A stretch of 6,088 bases of DNA from a virus (taxonomy: Duplodnaviria; Heunggongvirae; Uroviricota; Caudoviricetes): the IMG/VR virus record IMGVR_UViG_3300014972_000058, one strand, 5' to 3'. The notes beneath the pieces are model-generated. The model had not been told where the DNA came from. It was given only the letters and a program-made list of their open reading frames with translations, and did no database searches. Shown piece after piece: positions 5,109-6,088 of the stretch (position 1 is its first letter; every line of letters begins with the position of its first letter). The translations under genes and the position numbers were made by a program.

Positions 5109-6088
5109 TCAAACGATTAAATCCTGAACTTCCCTGACTGTCTGCTCAAAACGTCCGGTCTCCAGTTCAACGCCAATCGCACGACGCCCGAGCGCCAGTG
5201 TCACTTTTACCGTTGAACCTGAGCCCATAAAAAAATCTGCAACCAGGTCACCCGGACGACTGCTTGCGCTGATTATCTGCTGCAGCATTTCTGCCGGTTT
5301 TTCGCACGGATGTTTCCCGGGATAGAACTGCACCGGTTTATGTGTCCACACATCCGTGTACGGCACCTGCGCCGTCACACCAAAATACCGCCGCAGATGC
5401 TTATATTCACTCTGCAGCTCCACATACTGCCGGTTCAGTGACGTATACGTATCCACCAGCTGGTGGTGGGGCTTTTCCAGTTCACCGCGCTGATGTTTCT
5501 CTTCTGCCACCCGGGCAAACAGCGACTGTAATTTCAGATAATCGCTTTCGTTCGGTAGCTGCCACTGACTGGCACTGAACCAGTGCGACACCATGTTTTT
5601 CTTTCCTGTGGCATCTGCAATCTGTTTTGCCGTTATCCCCAGGGCAGCGCGCGCATCACGAAAGTAAGAAATCAGCGGGGCCATCACATGCTGTTTCAGT
5701 GCACTGCCCTTCGCCGCATACCCGGCATCTTTCGGACGATACGGCCCCTGATAATGTTCCGCGAACAGAATGCGCTCTGTGGCGGGGAAATACGCCCGCA
5801 GGCTTTCCTTGTTGCATCCGTTCCAGCGTCCGGACGGCTTCGCCCAGATAATATGGTTCAGCACACTGAAGCGTTCACGCATCATGATTTCGATATCAGA
5901 TGCCAGGCGATGACCACAGAACAGGTAAAGACTTCCGACAGGTTTCAGCACCCGCCAGAACTGCGCCAGACACTGGTCCAGCCACTTCAGGTAATCATCG
6001 TCGCCCTTCCACTGGTTATCCCAGCCCTCAGGCTTCACTTTAAAGTACGGCGGGGGCGGGTGGCCCTGGAAAACCGAACGGTTGTTAC
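5109..6088 (-). CDS. DNA methyltransferase, beta-class amino-MTase (N6-adenine or N4-cytosine; PF01555-like), 5' end outside the window
   Basis: The in-frame minus-strand reading upstream of the track's GTG start at 6038 stays open to the window edge and encodes …VFQGHPPPPYFKVKPEGW…, a (D/N/S)PPY-type catalytic motif IV. The FxGxG SAM-binding motif (DFFMGSGST) lies near the C-terminus, giving the beta-class motif order. Stop at 5109-5111. Confidence 0.82.
   Translation of the reverse strand, partial: NNRSVFQGHPPPPYFKVKPEGWDNQWKGDDDYLKWLDQCLAQFWRVLKPVGSLYLFCGHRLASDIEIMMRERFSVLNHIIWAKPSGRWNGCNKESLRAYFPATERILFAEHYQGPYRPKDAGYAAKGSALKQHVMAPLISYFRDARAALGITAKQIADATGKKNMVSHWFSASQWQLPNESDYLKLQSLFARVAEEKHQRGELEKPHHQLVDTYTSLNRQYVELQSEYKHLRRYFGVTAQVPYTDVWTHKPVQFYPGKHPCEKPAEMLQQIISASSRPGDLVADFFMGSGSTVKVTLALGRRAIGVELETGRFEQTVREVQDLIV

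Noticed and set aside
5342-5851. Plus-strand ORFs 5342-5578 and 5627-5851 inside the methyltransferase gene
   Set aside because: Antisense to a well-supported methyltransferase frame, Pro/Ala/His-rich, no RBS.

Overview
This window reads as the late (Q-dependent) region of a lambdoid prophage of an Escherichia-type host, with every supported gene on the minus strand. In transcription order (high to low coordinate): a 5'-truncated beta-class DNA methyltransferase, a cluster of three tRNAs (Ile2-CAU, Arg-UCG-like, Arg-UCU), about 1 kb with no credible ORF, a NanS-p-type sialate O-acetylesterase, an S21-type pinholin, a YdfR-like small protein, a SAR endolysin, a small membrane ORF and the start of Rz. 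This is the layout of Shiga-toxin phages (tRNAs - stxAB - nanS-p - S - R - Rz), but no stx-like ORF is present. The toxin slot instead holds two diverged copies of a ~240-bp unit, each bounded by minus-strand intrinsic terminators and showing conserved stems with variable spacers; I interpret these as candidate prophage sRNA genes. A second unusual element is a 90-codon plus-strand ORF with a good RBS, lying antisense inside the lysis cassette between the YdfR-like gene and the endolysin. All homology statements come from recalled protein and tRNA families, not from searches; coordinates for terminators and repeats were derived by hand.
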